From NCBI GenBank assembly GCA_965197585.1, contig OZ240215.1, positions 3,365,520 through 3,429,519 of the forward strand: a DNA stretch of 64,000 bases, in the 5' to 3' direction. Positions within the stretch are counted from its first letter, which is position 1. Each line of letters opens with the position of its first letter. This document shows, in pieces, positions 52,901-64,000 of this stretch. The notes under the pieces are model-generated. The model had not been told where the DNA came from, did not search any database, and saw only the letters and a list, made by a program, of their open reading frames with translations. A program made the translations under genes and the position numbers. Source of the stretch: Dehalococcoidia bacterium. GTDB taxonomy: Bacteria; Chloroflexota; Dehalococcoidia; Plut-88900.

Positions 52901-54756
52901 AATGCGCTCCCGGTGACGCTGGAATTCTCCGGCCCTCGCTCGATAATCCTGGCCCCCATGTCCATCGCCGCCCTGACCAGTGGCCCGGGCCCCGAGTCGG
53001 GGGTGGCGGGGACGGGTGGGGGCTTCGTGGCCCGAGGCTCCGGTTGCGCGGCCGGGGCGGGCTGTCCGTAGCCGCCGTTCGGGGGTGCGGGCTCGCTGAT
53101 GGCAGGGCCGGAGCCGGGGGTGGGTGACTTATCCTTACTGACAAGGTCGCAGCGGATCCGATAGGGCCCGCCGAACACCTCGTTTACCTTCTTTTCGACC
53201 AGGTGGCGGTACTTGGGGTTGTCGATCCAGTTCTTGTGGAATTCGTGAAAGAAACCGATGACGAGGGTGTCGCCTTCAAGGGCCACGGGCTCGCTCGCAC
53301 TGCGGAGAACGGCGTCAAGGCTGCCCTTGGACCCGACGCCTCTTAGAGCATCTACCAACGCCGGCCATCTCTCCTTGAAATCAGATATGTCGCCCGTTGG
53401 TTCAGATACCGGCGCGGGGGCAGATATAGGCTCGGGCTGAGGCTCTGAGACCGGAGCGAGACTCGGGGTTTCCTCTATATGGGTATCGGGCGTTGACACA
53501 CCGTTGGAAGGGGCCTTTGCGACCGGTTGGGGGTCGGGGTCACGGACGGGTTGCTTTGGGGGTTCGGGCGCGGGCGTCGGGGCGGCCATTGCGCGCGGCG
53601 CAGGCGCGGCCGGCCTTGCCTGTTCCGGGGCAGCGGCGGTTCTGGCAGACCTGGTTTGCTGGGGAGTGGAGGCGGGTTGAGAGGCGTAGAGAGCGACGTC
53701 TATGATGGCCATTTCCATGGGCATGGGGCTCGAGGAATCGGCTTTCAGGTTGGCGCTGCTCCAGAGGGCTAGGGCGCGTTGCAGTAGACCAATGTCGGAT
53801 GTCGAGGCCTGCTCCCGGGCCCCTACCAGGTTCTCTTCGGGCAAGTCCAGCACGTCGGCGGCCCCGGCCTTGATCAGGAGCACCGACCGGAGATATTCGA
53901 GCATCTCACGGTGGAAGTGCTTCAGGTTCAATCCCTGCTCGGCGACGCCGTGGAGGGCCCTGAGCGCACTCGGCAGGTCGCCGGAGAGCATTCCCGCGGC
54001 GACCTCCTGAAGGGGCAGCCCCGACGATACGCCAAGCAGCTCCCGCAAGTGGGCAGGTTCGATGCTGGCGCCGAAAGAGACAATGAGCTGCTCCAGCAGG
54101 TTCTCGGCGTCCCGGAGGCTCCCCTCCGAGGCCCGGACGATGGATTTCATCACCCAGGGCTCGACCTTTACGCCTTCGTCGTCGCAGAGTTCCTGGAGCC
54201 GGCCCTCGACGGAGCTTTGACTTAGACGGCGGAAGTCGAAGCGCTGGCAGCGGGATACGATTGTGACTGGGAGCCGGTGAGCCTCGGTGGTGGCGAGAAT
54301 AAAGATGACGTGCCTCGGGGGCTCCTCCAGAATCTTGAGGAGGGCGTTGAAGGCGGGCGTGGTCATCATGTGGACTTCGTCGATGATATAGACCTTGAAC
54401 GGGGACTCGGCGGGCAAGTAGTTGACGCGCTCCCGCAGGTCACGCACCTCGTCTATGCCGCGGTTGGAGGCGGCGTCTATCTCAATGAGGTCGAGTGCGT
54501 TGCCCATGCCGACTGCCACGCATTGTGGGCACTCGTTGCAGGGCTCGCCCTTGCCGTTCCTGGCGCAGTTGACGGCCTTGGCGAGGATGCGGGCGGTGCT
54601 GGTCTTGCCCGTGCCTCGGGGGCCGCAGAAGAGGTAGGCGTGGGCGACCCGGCCTTGGGCCAGGGCGTTGATGAGGGTGCGGGTGACGTGCTCCTGCCCA
54701 ACCACTCCGGCGAGGGTCTGGGGCCGCCACTTACGATATAGCACTTCGGAGACCAT
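52897..54756 (-). CDS. dnaX: DNA polymerase III subunit gamma/tau
   Basis: LYRKWRP, GPRGTGKT, EIDAAS, IIDEVHM, SRCQRF; Pro/Ala linker. Confidence 0.97.
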   Translation of the reverse strand: MVSEVLYRKWRPQTLAGVVGQEHVTRTLINALAQGRVAHAYLFCGPRGTGKTSTARILAKAVNCARNGKGEPCNECPQCVAVGMGNALDLIEIDAASNRGIDEVRDLRERVNYLPAESPFKVYIIDEVHMMTTPAFNALLKILEEPPRHVIFILATTEAHRLPVTIVSRCQRFDFRRLSQSSVEGRLQELCDDEGVKVEPWVMKSIVRASEGSLRDAENLLEQLIVSFGASIEPAHLRELLGVSSGLPLQEVAAGMLSGDLPSALRALHGVAEQGLNLKHFHREMLEYLRSVLLIKAGAADVLDLPEENLVGAREQASTSDIGLLQRALALWSSANLKADSSSPMPMEMAIIDVALYASQPASTPQQTRSARTAAAPEQARPAAPAPRAMAAPTPAPEPPKQPVRDPDPQPVAKAPSNGVSTPDTHIEETPSLAPVSEPQPEPISAPAPVSEPTGDISDFKERWPALVDALRGVGSKGSLDAVLRSASEPVALEGDTLVIGFFHEFHKNWIDNPKYRHLVEKKVNEVFGGPYRIRCDLVSKDKSPTPGSGPAISEPAPPNGGYGQPAPAAQPEPRATKPPPVPATPDSGPGPLVRAAMDMGARIIERGPENSSVTGSAL

Positions 54757-55334
54757 CAGTTGTTCCCCAAATCCGTCATTCGGGCCTCCGAGCCGGTCGA
54801 AGATGCGCCGAGGCGTGAATCCATCCCCTCCCCAGCATTCTGCTCCGGGAACAGGGCCTTTCGCTCAATGCCCATGAGACGTAATGCTCGGGTCTCCATC
54901 TCTTTCATCAGGTCCGCCTCGGAAGGCACCTCGTGGTCGTAGCCCAGTAGGTGAAACACGCCGTGGACAGTAAGGAAGGCTATTTCGTCCTTGGTCTCGT
55001 GGCCCAGACTCTCGGCCTGGCGAGAGGCCTGGGGATAGGAGATTATCACCTCTCCAAGGTCCTGCTTGCCGCTGGGCGGGCTGACGAATCCTCCCTCTCC
55101 GACCTCGCTCCCACTCATGGTGAATGAAAGCACGTCGGTGGTGCCCGACTTGCCCCTGAACCTCAGATTCAGGTCGGCTACCGTGTCGTCTCCGGTGACG
55201 GCTACGGAAACCTCGGCGGGGTATCGGGCGCCCTCTACTTCGAGGACATTTGACACGGCACGTTGGATCAATGCGGCGTCCAAATTGTCGCGGTAAGGAG
55301 GCTCAATGAGAAGGCTCAGGTCAAGGGGAGACAT
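54756..55334 (-). CDS. ybeY: rRNA maturation endoribonuclease YbeY with repeat-derived C-terminal tail
   Basis: LN..FRGK...TDVLSF, LGEVIIS, HGVFHLLGYDH. Confidence 0.95.
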   Translation of the reverse strand: MSPLDLSLLIEPPYRDNLDAALIQRAVSNVLEVEGARYPAEVSVAVTGDDTVADLNLRFRGKSGTTDVLSFTMSGSEVGEGGFVSPPSGKQDLGEVIISYPQASRQAESLGHETKDEIAFLTVHGVFHLLGYDHEVPSEADLMKEMETRALRLMGIERKALFPEQNAGEGMDSRLGASSTGSEARMTDLGNN

Positions 55335-55791
55335 GCCACCAGCGGAGGAAAACTACCGGACGATGATAGCACAGGGGGGATGGGTGGGGAACCTCCAAAT
55401 TGGCGCTGCTTATGTGGTTCAGTTGACATATAACAATCAAAATGAAAGCGGGCAATCAAAAGAAATCGGCCTTGTGTTTGATTGTCTGCCGGAAGCAGGC
55501 ACGATGTTTGATTGTTTGGAAACTCTAGGGATTTCGGGGCCCGTGAAGGAAAGTGAGGAACATTCGCATAACGGCATTATAGAGGGGGTGGTGAGGGGAG
55601 GGGCAAGGGGCCGGTGTCACAAAAAATAGGGCGGATAACTGCGACGGATTGGCGGTGCGTGGCCCCCCGCTCATACTTCGAGAGCCTCCCGCCTCGGCGG
55701 ATCTACGACAGCATGAGCAGCTAAACCACTAGAGGTTATGCAAAGGGAATTATATATGGTTCTACCCAAGGGCCGCGTGTCAGACTACAGC

Positions 55792-55820
55792 TTGACATCG
55801 ATATGCGCGGCACATATATT
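55792..55820 (+). promoter_or_regulatory. sigma70 promoter of the IS passenger ORFs
   Basis: TTGACA-N17-TATATT. Confidence 0.7.
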
Positions 55821-55864
55821 GAATGAGTATAGTGTTGCGCGTGTGCTATGGAAAGGGCATACCT

Positions 55865-55969
55865 TTGGCTGACAAGAAAATGGGCCGTCCGTCCAAACCG
55901 ACCCCTAGGCTTCCCGACACGTTCGGGAACATCATCAAGGCTTTGGTCAAGCCAGTGAAGAAAGATTAG
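55865..55969 (+). CDS. 34-aa basic passenger peptide
   Basis: MADKKMGRPSKPTPRLPDTFGNIIKALVKPVKKD downstream of the promoter and AAAGGG. Confidence 0.55.
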   Translation: MADKKMGRPSKPTPRLPDTFGNIIKALVKPVKKD

Positions 55970-55972
55970 GCA

Positions 55973-56164
55973 ATGGCTACCTTATCGACAAGCACTGTAG
56001 AACTAATAACAGATAGGATTGTCAAACTAGACTCCAAGATCGATGGGGTAGAACAACGACTCGCCGCTCGGCTAGACAAGGTGGACAGTCGGCTAGGTGC
56101 TATCGAAAACAAGCTCGACTTAGTCGTGGGCCTCATGCAACGATGGGGAGCTATTGAGTCGTAA
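55973..56164 (+). CDS. 63-aa coiled-coil passenger protein
   Basis: Heptads LDSKIDGVEQRLAARLDKVDSRLGAIENKLD; starts 3 nt after the previous stop. Confidence 0.6.
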   Translation: MATLSTSTVELITDRIVKLDSKIDGVEQRLAARLDKVDSRLGAIENKLDLVVGLMQRWGAIES

Positions 56165-56176
56165 GCCCTGACGTGC

Positions 56177-57109
56177 TTAGGCAATCAAGTCCTGATACCG
56201 CAACCGCTTTCCTTCCATCCCCTTCATCATCCCTAACACCTGTTCAATCGTGTCTTTGGGTCGGGCATTGTGCCTACCCGCAAACTCCGTAGCGTAGCGG
56301 TCAGCGTACTTGGTGCTCACGTGATGGTAGGTTCCAACTATCCCACGCTTTAGCATTGCCCAGTGCGATTCAATCCCGTTGGTGTGAGCATCGCCGTCCA
56401 CAAACTCTTTTGCCGAGTGTCGGACCGCGTGGTGATTGGCGATGTCTTGGTAGGCAGGGTGTTCGTCCGTGTAAACCCTCGCACCTTGCGCCGTTCGGGT
56501 CTCCACGAATCCCTGAAGGGTTGGCTTGTCGGTTTTGAGCGTGACAGTCGTTGCAACCTTGCCGCTTTCCCTATCCTTCATTCCAACTACCGCCAACTTG
56601 CCTGCTATCCCGCGTCCGGCCTTTAACCGCTTGGATTCGTGTTTGTTCTTTTCCCGACCGCCTAGGTAGGTTTCGTCCACCTCTACCGGCCCCGAAAACA
56701 ACCCATTGTCAGACTCCCATGCCTTGCGGATTCGGTGTGCAAGGTGCCAAGCGGCCTTTTGAGTGATGCCAAGGTCTCGGTGTAGTTTCATGCCGGATAC
56801 ACCCTTAAGGCTTGTGCTCATAAGGTAAGACGCCAATGCCCATTTTGAGAGGGGGAGATTGGAACCTTGCATGACTGTGCCGGTTTTGACGGAAAAGTCC
56901 TTACGGCAATCGTTGCACCGGAATGGAGCGGGTTTGCGGGTGGGCCGCGCCTTGACGTTTAGCGAGCCGCAAAACGGGCAAGCAAGCCCATTAGGCCACC
57001 GGGCATCGAGGAACATGCCTTCAACCGTGCTATCGTCCGCGAATGTCCTAACGGCTTCAACGAGGGACATTCCGTTTCGGTAGTGTTTTCCAGGTGCTCG
57101 GCTAGCCAT
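56177..57109 (-). CDS. IS1595 family transposase
   Basis: CPFC/CNDC finger, VEVDETY, YTDE, HTNGIES.W..LKR. Confidence 0.95.
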   Translation of the reverse strand: MASRAPGKHYRNGMSLVEAVRTFADDSTVEGMFLDARWPNGLACPFCGSLNVKARPTRKPAPFRCNDCRKDFSVKTGTVMQGSNLPLSKWALASYLMSTSLKGVSGMKLHRDLGITQKAAWHLAHRIRKAWESDNGLFSGPVEVDETYLGGREKNKHESKRLKAGRGIAGKLAVVGMKDRESGKVATTVTLKTDKPTLQGFVETRTAQGARVYTDEHPAYQDIANHHAVRHSAKEFVDGDAHTNGIESHWAMLKRGIVGTYHHVSTKYADRYATEFAGRHNARPKDTIEQVLGMMKGMEGKRLRYQDLIA

Positions 57110-57262
57110 GACAGTCCCCTTACTTGGGTAGCATAGTACCATAAAGTAAGGCTAACCGTCAAGTGTTTTGGGTAGGATTGTATATAATTCCCTATGCAAA
57201 GGTCTCGCTTAGCAAAACGCTCGGGTCCGGGCTGAACGCCCTAATCAGGACAACCGAATACC

Positions 57263-58318
57263 CTAGCCTCCCATACGCGCGTGGGCGGACCGGATGATTT
57301 CCTCGGTTTCTTCCCACCCGATGCAGGCATCCGTGATCGAAACGCCGTATTCGAGCTTTGAAGGATCTCCCAAGGACTGGTTTCCCTCTTTGATGTTGCT
57401 TTCGAGCATTAGGCCGACAATCCCGGCATTGCTCACTCTTTGATCGAGGAGGGCGTTGAAGACGGCGGCCTGCAACTTGTGGTCCTTGTTCGAGTTGGCG
57501 TGAGAACAGTCCACGAGCAGGTTGGAGGATAGGCCGCGCTTCTTGAGTAACCCCTGCGCAGTTGCCACCGACTCCACACCGTAGTTGGGGCCCGTCTTTC
57601 CTCCCCGGAGTATCAAATGGGCGGCAGGGTTGCCTATGGTCTTGACCACGGATGCGATGCCGTCGGCATCGATGCCGAGGAAAACATGCTCCGACATGGC
57701 GGACACGACGCCATCAACTGCGATTTCCACGCCCCCGCCCGTACCGTTCTTGAACCCTATCGGCATACTGAGACCGCTCGCCATGAGCCTGTGAGGCTGG
57801 CTCTCGGTGGTCCTTGCGCCGATAGCGCCCCAGGAGATCATGTCGCTGAGATACTGAGGAGTGAACGGCTCCAGGAACTCTGTAGCAGTCGGCAGACCCT
57901 GGGAGCATACGTCTATCAGAAACTGCCGAGCCTTGGCCAGGCCCTCTTGCACATCGTAGGTGCCGTTAAGCTGAGGGTCGTTTATGAGGCCCTTCCAGCC
58001 GACAGTAGTGCGCGGCTTCTCGAAGTAGACCCGCATGGCGATCATGAGCCGGTCTTCGACCTCTTTGGCGAGCCCTGCCAAGCGCCGGGCGTAGTCGAGG
58101 CCCAATTCGGTGTCGTGGATCGAGCATGGCCCGACGATTATCAGCAGCCGCGTGTCTCGGCCGCTCAGAATTGCTTCTATTTGGCGCCGATGCCGGGCAA
58201 TTTGCTCCCTTATGGGGTCCGGCAGCGGGTAACGCTTCCAATATGCAGACGGTGGGTCCAGCCGCTTGATGCTCTCCACCCTTACGTCATGGACTACCGA
58301 CTTCTCGATCTGGACCAT
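57263..58318 (-). CDS. aroG: class I 3-deoxy-7-phosphoheptulonate (DAHP) synthase, AroF/G/H type
   Basis: GPCSIHD, RVYFEKPRTTVGWKG, IGARTTESQ, DCSHANS, SITDAC. Confidence 0.93.
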   Translation of the reverse strand: MVQIEKSVVHDVRVESIKRLDPPSAYWKRYPLPDPIREQIARHRRQIEAILSGRDTRLLIIVGPCSIHDTELGLDYARRLAGLAKEVEDRLMIAMRVYFEKPRTTVGWKGLINDPQLNGTYDVQEGLAKARQFLIDVCSQGLPTATEFLEPFTPQYLSDMISWGAIGARTTESQPHRLMASGLSMPIGFKNGTGGGVEIAVDGVVSAMSEHVFLGIDADGIASVVKTIGNPAAHLILRGGKTGPNYGVESVATAQGLLKKRGLSSNLLVDCSHANSNKDHKLQAAVFNALLDQRVSNAGIVGLMLESNIKEGNQSLGDPSKLEYGVSITDACIGWEETEEIIRSAHARMGG

Positions 58319-58334
58319 CTCCTCACCTCTCAGC

Positions 58335-58368
58335 AAAAAAGACCTCGACCGGTTGTGGTCGAGGTCTC
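58335..58368 (-). terminator. attenuator terminator upstream of DAHP synthase
   Basis: GAGACCTCGACC-ACAACC-GGTCGAGGTC-TTTTTT, 17 nt before the start codon. Confidence 0.85.
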
Positions 58369-58392
58369 GAACGTTCTCTTGTCTGTCCTGTC

Positions 58393-58488
58393 CTATGATT
58401 GGGGGTAGAGCGTCAAGACCTCACCGGCGCACATTGGCACGCTTATAAAGTGGCGATAATAGCCCTGTGCAGTATCCCAGCTTGTCAT
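58393..58488 (-). CDS. aromatic-rich leader peptide (31 aa)
   Basis: MTSWDTAQGYYRHFISVPMCAGEVLTLYPQS, lying between promoter and terminator. Confidence 0.7.
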   Translation of the reverse strand: MTSWDTAQGYYRHFISVPMCAGEVLTLYPQS

Positions 58489-58497
58489 AGCCGATAA

Positions 58498-58527
58498 AGC
58501 CTACCTGTATGCGTGCCTTATTGTCAA
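58498..58527 (-). promoter_or_regulatory. promoter of leader peptide / DAHP synthase
   Basis: TTGACA-N18-TAGGCT. Confidence 0.65.
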
Positions 58528-58644
58528 CTTGAACAGGCACAGGAGGCAGAGAATCGAGACCTCTTTGGGCCAATGGCCCGGGCCTTGGCCTCAGGACGCT
58601 CACCAGGCAACATGGAATTGCTCCAAATTAGGGGTCGCATTCTA

Positions 58645-58673
58645 TTGACAGGGTATTTAGCGGGTGCTAATAT
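58645..58673 (+). promoter_or_regulatory. rpoBC promoter
   Basis: TTGACA-N17-TAATAT with TG extension. Confidence 0.7.
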
Positions 58674-58810
58674 GGCAGGTCGAATGCAGTACTCCCCGTG
58701 CCCCATTCCCCCTCTAAGGCTCATCCCCCCGAGCTGACCATTTGTACCCGCACCTCACCTAGCACAGGTATAGGCATTACTACCCTGTTATCCTGGAGGT
58801 TCTAGACGCC

Positions 58811-61800
58811 ATGGTGTCGACTCTACCCGCGCCCGAAACCCTTGACCGGAGCCGAGTGTCGTTCTCCAAGCTCCCCGAAGTCCTTGAGATACCCAGCCTG
58901 ATCCTCGTCCAACTGGACTCCTACGAATGGTTCCGAAGAGAAGGACTCAAGGAACTGTTCGAAAAAGTGTCGCCGATATCCGACTACGCAGGTGGCAGGT
59001 TCGACCTCCACTTCCTGGACTACGAGTTCCGGGACCCGACAAAGGATAAGAGCCCGGACGGCACTCCCCTCCCCTGTCCCCTGCAGAACCTGGATTGCCA
59101 AAAGAAGCACTTCCCGAAGTACGACGAGAGCGAGTGCCGGATGCGCGACGCAACCTACTCGGCTCCCCTGTACGTGAAGGTGCAGCTTGTAATCAAGCAG
59201 ACGGGAGAAGTGAAGGAGCAGGAGCTGTTCATGGGGGACATTCCCCTTATGACCTCCCAGGGCACCTTCATCATCAACGGCGCGGAGCGGGTGGTTGTAA
59301 GCCAGCTCGTGCGCTCACCGGGGGTCTATTTCACACTGGACACCGACCCGTCCACGGGACGAGGCCTCTGCTCGACCAAGCTGATCCCCAACCGGGGTGC
59401 GTGGCTGGAGCTTGAGACCAGCAACCGGGGCATAATCTCGGCGAAGGTGGACCGGAAGAGGAAGCTCCCCGTGACTACGCTGCTCAGGTGCGTCGGGTAC
59501 GGGAATGATGAACCTATCAAGGAACTGTTCAAAGACATCGACCTGGAAGGCGAAAACTCGTACATCGACAGGACGCTGGAGAAGGATGGGGGCATCGAGT
59601 CTCGGGAGGAGGCGCTGATAGAGCTGTACCGGCGCATCAGGCCCGGAGAGCCCCCCACGGTCGAGAATGCAGACAACCTGCTGAAGGCCCTTTTCTTCAA
59701 CCCGCGCAGGTACGACTTCGGAAAGGTTGGCCGCTACAAGGTAAACAAGCGGCTGGGGACCGAGCTGCTGAAGGCCCTGGGCCTGGATAAAGAGGAAGCG
59801 GCGATGGTTCACCCCATCGTGGCGACGGGCATCTTCGACGAAGAGGCAGTAAAGGCCATCCTGCCGGAGGAGAAGGCCGAGAAGGTGAATGAGGTGTTCA
59901 GCAACCGCGCCCTCAACAAGGAGGACCTGCTAGCTATAGTCCGCAAGGTGATCCTGGTAAACCAGGGCAAGGACACCGTCGACGACATCGACCACCTGGG
60001 CAACAGGCGAGTGAAGGGTGTCGGTGAGCTTATTCAGAACCAGTTCCGTATCGGGTTGATGCGGATGGAGAGGGTGGTGCGGGAGAGGATGACCCTGACC
60101 GAGGCGGAAACAGCGATGGCGCAGGCATTGGTCAACGTGCGCCCCATAGTGGCGTCCATCAAGGAGTTCTTCGGCGGTTCACAGCTGTCCCAGTTCATGG
60201 ACCAGACCAACCCCCTGGCGGAGCTGACCCACAAGCGCAGGCTATCGACACTAGGCCCGGGCGGTCTGTCCAGGGAGAGGGCGGGATTTGACGTCAGGGA
60301 CGTACACCATTCCCACTACGGGCGGATATGCCCCATCGAGACCCCTGAAGGGCCCAACATTGGACTTCTCGGGTCCCTGGCCACTTATTCAGTCATCAAC
60401 GAGTACGGCTTCATAGAGACCCCCTACCGTCGGGTCATAAAGGAAGTCCCCTGCGATTCCCCTGAGATTGTCGGTAAGACGCTGACTGAGAAGGTGGTGG
60501 GGAACGAGGGGAGAACGATATCCCGGGAGGGCAAGGTAGTAACTAAGGCGATGGCCAAGAGGATCGCAGGTCTGAACGGGCGGACTATCAGTGTGAAGCC
60601 GTTTGTGTCGGCCAATATCGACTACCTGGCGGCGGATGAAGAGGAGCAGTACGTCATAGCGCAGGCCAACTTGAGGCTGGACGAGCAGAACCAGTTCACG
60701 ACGGAAAGGATCGAGGCCCGCTACGGCGAAACTCTGCGGATGGAGATACCCGAGAACGTCGACTTCATGGACGTATCGCCGAAGCAGATAGTCAGCGTTT
60801 CAACTTCCTTGATCCCGTTCCTGGAGCACGACGACGCCAACCGAGCGCTGATGGGCTCTAACATGCAGAGGCAAGCCGTGCCCCTCCTCCGCCCCGAGTC
60901 GCCCCTGATCGGGACTGGAATGGAAGCCTACGTTGCCAAGGACAGCGGTCAGGTGTGTGTGGCTGCGGCGGACGGCAAGGTGGTCTCGGTTTCCGGCGAT
61001 GAAATCATGATTAAGCAGGACGAGGGCGGTCTGCGGGAATACCCCTTGCTCAAGTTCATGCGGAGCAACCAGGGCACCTGCATAAACCAGAGGCCGATTG
61101 TGCAGAAGGGAGACCGGGTAAGCCGAGGCCAGGTCCTGGCCGACAGCTCCTCTACCGACATGGGAGAGCTGGCGCTGGGACAGAACGTCCTGTGTGCCTT
61201 TATGAGCTGGGAAGGCTACAACTACGAAGACGCCATTGTAATAAGCGAACGGATAGTCCGGGAGGACAAGTTCACCTCGATTCATATTGAGAAGCACGAG
61301 GTGGAGGCCCGGGACACGAAACTGGGCCCCGAGGAGATCACACAGGACATCCCGAATGTTGGCGAAGAGAGCCTGGCCGACCTGGATGAGGAAGGAATCA
61401 TCAGGATCGGGGCGGTTGTCGGGCCGGGAGATATCCTGGTCGGCAAGATAACGCCCAAGGGTGAAACTGAGCTCACGGCGGAAGAGAAGCTGCTGCGGGC
61501 GATCTTCGGTGAGAAGGCCCGGGAAGTTAAAGACACCTGCCTGCGGGTCCCCCACGGCGAGCAGGGCAAGGTAATTGACGTCAAAAAGTTCACTAGGGAC
61601 GACAAGGACGAGCTTTCCCCAGGCGTAAACCAGCTGGTCCGGGTCTGGGTGGCCCACACCCGGAAGATAGCCGAGGGAGACAAGATGGCGGGACGCCACG
61701 GCAACAAGGGCGTCATCGCGGTAATCCTGCCCGAGGAGGAGATGCCCTTCCTGCCGAATGGGACTCCAATAGACATAGTGTTAAACCCCATCGGCGTGCC

Positions 61801-62764
61801 TTCCAGGATGAACCTGGGGCAGATCCTGGAGACCCACCTGGGCCTCGCGGCGCAGGCCCTCGGGTTCAAGGTCGCGACGCCCGTATTCGACGGAGCGAGC
61901 GACACGTCAATTGAAGATGCCCTGTCCAAGATGTGGATTAACCAGCGGGCTGAGACTGCGCTCCCGGGCCCCGAGAACGGCGCCGACCCCCAGAACGGCG
62001 TCGGCCCCCAGAACGGCCATGTGGCTATAGACTGGCTCAAGGGAAAGGGATACGACGGGGAGCAGGTTATGGGGGACAACAGTCCCGGCCTGGCAAAAGA
62101 GGTGTGCCTGAAGCTCTGGTTCGATGATATGGGAATAGATGCTTCCGATTTTGGGCGCGAGGAGCTGAACGCCAAGATGACGGAGGCCATGTCCGAACGG
62201 GATGTAATCCCGCCTTTCTTCGGCAAGATGCTTCTGCGTGACGGCCGTACGGGAGAGGCTTTCGACCAGCCGATAACCGTGGGGCCAATCTACATGATGA
62301 AGCTGATTCACCTGGTAGAGGACAAGATCCACGCCCGGTCCACGGGCCCCTACTCCCTGATAACCCAACAGCCCCTGGGCGGCAAGGCTCAGTTCGGAGG
62401 GCAGAGGTTCGGGGAAATGGAGGTGTGGGCCCTTGAGGCCTACAGTGCGGCCCACCTGCTTCAGGAGATGCTGACTGTTAAGTCGGACGACGTGGCGGGC
62501 CGGGTGAAGACCTATGAATCGATAGTCAAAGGCGAGGACGTGTTCCAGCCCGGCGTTCCCGAGTCCTTCCGGGTGCTGCAGAAAGAGTTGCAGAGCCTGG
62601 GGCTCTCGGTGGAGCTGCTGAACGAGGAAGCAGAAGAAACGCTATTGGACGAAGACATTGCCGAAACAGAAGACGGCGTGGATGGAGAGCTGGACATATT
62701 TGCACAGCTGGGCCCCGAGCCGGACGAAGCCGCAACCGAAGAATCAGAAAAAGAGGTGTTGTAG
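58811..62764 (+). CDS. rpoB: RNA polymerase beta subunit
   Basis: [44 protein letters not shown]. Confidence 0.99.
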   Translation: MVSTLPAPETLDRSRVSFSKLPEVLEIPSLILVQLDSYEWFRREGLKELFEKVSPISDYAGGRFDLHFLDYEFRDPTKDKSPDGTPLPCPLQNLDCQKKHFPKYDESECRMRDATYSAPLYVKVQLVIKQTGEVKEQELFMGDIPLMTSQGTFIINGAERVVVSQLVRSPGVYFTLDTDPSTGRGLCSTKLIPNRGAWLELETSNRGIISAKVDRKRKLPVTTLLRCVGYGNDEPIKELFKDIDLEGENSYIDRTLEKDGGIESREEALIELYRRIRPGEPPTVENADNLLKALFFNPRRYDFGKVGRYKVNKRLGTELLKALGLDKEEAAMVHPIVATGIFDEEAVKAILPEEKAEKVNEVFSNRALNKEDLLAIVRKVILVNQGKDTVDDIDHLGNRRVKGVGELIQNQFRIGLMRMERVVRERMTLTEAETAMAQALVNVRPIVASIKEFFGGSQLSQFMDQTNPLAELTHKRRLSTLGPGGLSRERAGFDVRDVHHSHYGRICPIETPEGPNIGLLGSLATYSVINEYGFIETPYRRVIKEVPCDSPEIVGKTLTEKVVGNEGRTISREGKVVTKAMAKRIAGLNGRTISVKPFVSANIDYLAADEEEQYVIAQANLRLDEQNQFTTERIEARYGETLRMEIPENVDFMDVSPKQIVSVSTSLIPFLEHDDANRALMGSNMQRQAVPLLRPESPLIGTGMEAYVAKDSGQVCVAAADGKVVSVSGDEIMIKQDEGGLREYPLLKFMRSNQGTCINQRPIVQKGDRVSRGQVLADSSSTDMGELALGQNVLCAFMSWEGYNYEDAIVISERIVREDKFTSIHIEKHEVEARDTKLGPEEITQDIPNVGEESLADLDEEGIIRIGAVVGPGDILVGKITPKGETELTAEEKLLRAIFGEKAREVKDTCLRVPHGEQGKVIDVKKFTRDDKDELSPGVNQLVRVWVAHTRKIAEGDKMAGRHGNKGVIAVILPEEEMPFLPNGTPIDIVLNPIGVPSRMNLGQILETHLGLAAQALGFKVATPVFDGASDTSIEDALSKMWINQRAETALPGPENGADPQNGVGPQNGHVAIDWLKGKGYDGEQVMGDNSPGLAKEVCLKLWFDDMGIDASDFGREELNAKMTEAMSERDVIPPFFGKMLLRDGRTGEAFDQPITVGPIYMMKLIHLVEDKIHARSTGPYSLITQQPLGGKAQFGGQRFGEMEVWALEAYSAAHLLQEMLTVKSDDVAGRVKTYESIVKGEDVFQPGVPESFRVLQKELQSLGLSVELLNEEAEETLLDEDIAETEDGVDGELDIFAQLGPEPDEAATEESEKEVL

Positions 62765-64000
<1,236 letters not shown>

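Larger units (their letters stand above)
55745..57192 (-). mobile_element. IS1595-family element with two passenger ORFs
   Basis: 25-bp IRs GGGAATTATATA-N5-CTACCCAA; 8-bp TSD TATGCAAA at 55737-55744 and 57193-57200. Confidence 0.93.

Noticed and set aside
54700-55400. SRP RNA (ffs), often found upstream of dnaX
   Set aside because: ybeY directly abuts dnaX and no SRP domain IV motif was seen
55306-55629. 107-aa plus-strand ORF
   Set aside because: Overlaps the ybeY start and a repeat/promoter region; no RBS or domain

Overview
High-GC bacterial chromosome segment, most likely Chloroflexota/Dehalococcoidia (SAR202-like, possibly a sponge symbiont). This is inferred from rpoB/rpoC and groEL features, the paralogous catabolic genes, PaREP1 and a remnant surface protein. 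The first ~28 kb are accessory. They carry catabolic enzymes, tRNA-Ala(CGC), eroded genes, an S49 peptidase operon and a low-GC restriction-modification pair. The rest is mostly housekeeping (pxpABC, folB, gltA, korAB, lipB, CIRCE-groESL, split metE, recO/recR/dnaX/ybeY, DAHP synthase, rpoB, partial rpoC), interrupted by four IS elements (IS5, IS110, IS481, IS1595) and many REP-like palindromes. The strongest signal is a complete IS110 element whose noncoding end reads as a bridge RNA: its guides match both the element's own donor junction and the host REP repeat it is inserted in. Other highlights missed by the ORF track are a selenocysteine peroxiredoxin, an MFS transporter with an in-frame UGA plus SECIS-like hairpin, an aromatic-amino-acid leader-peptide attenuator upstream of DAHP synthase, and a dispersed family of promoter-bearing orphan elements. 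All calls were made by eye, with no database searches.
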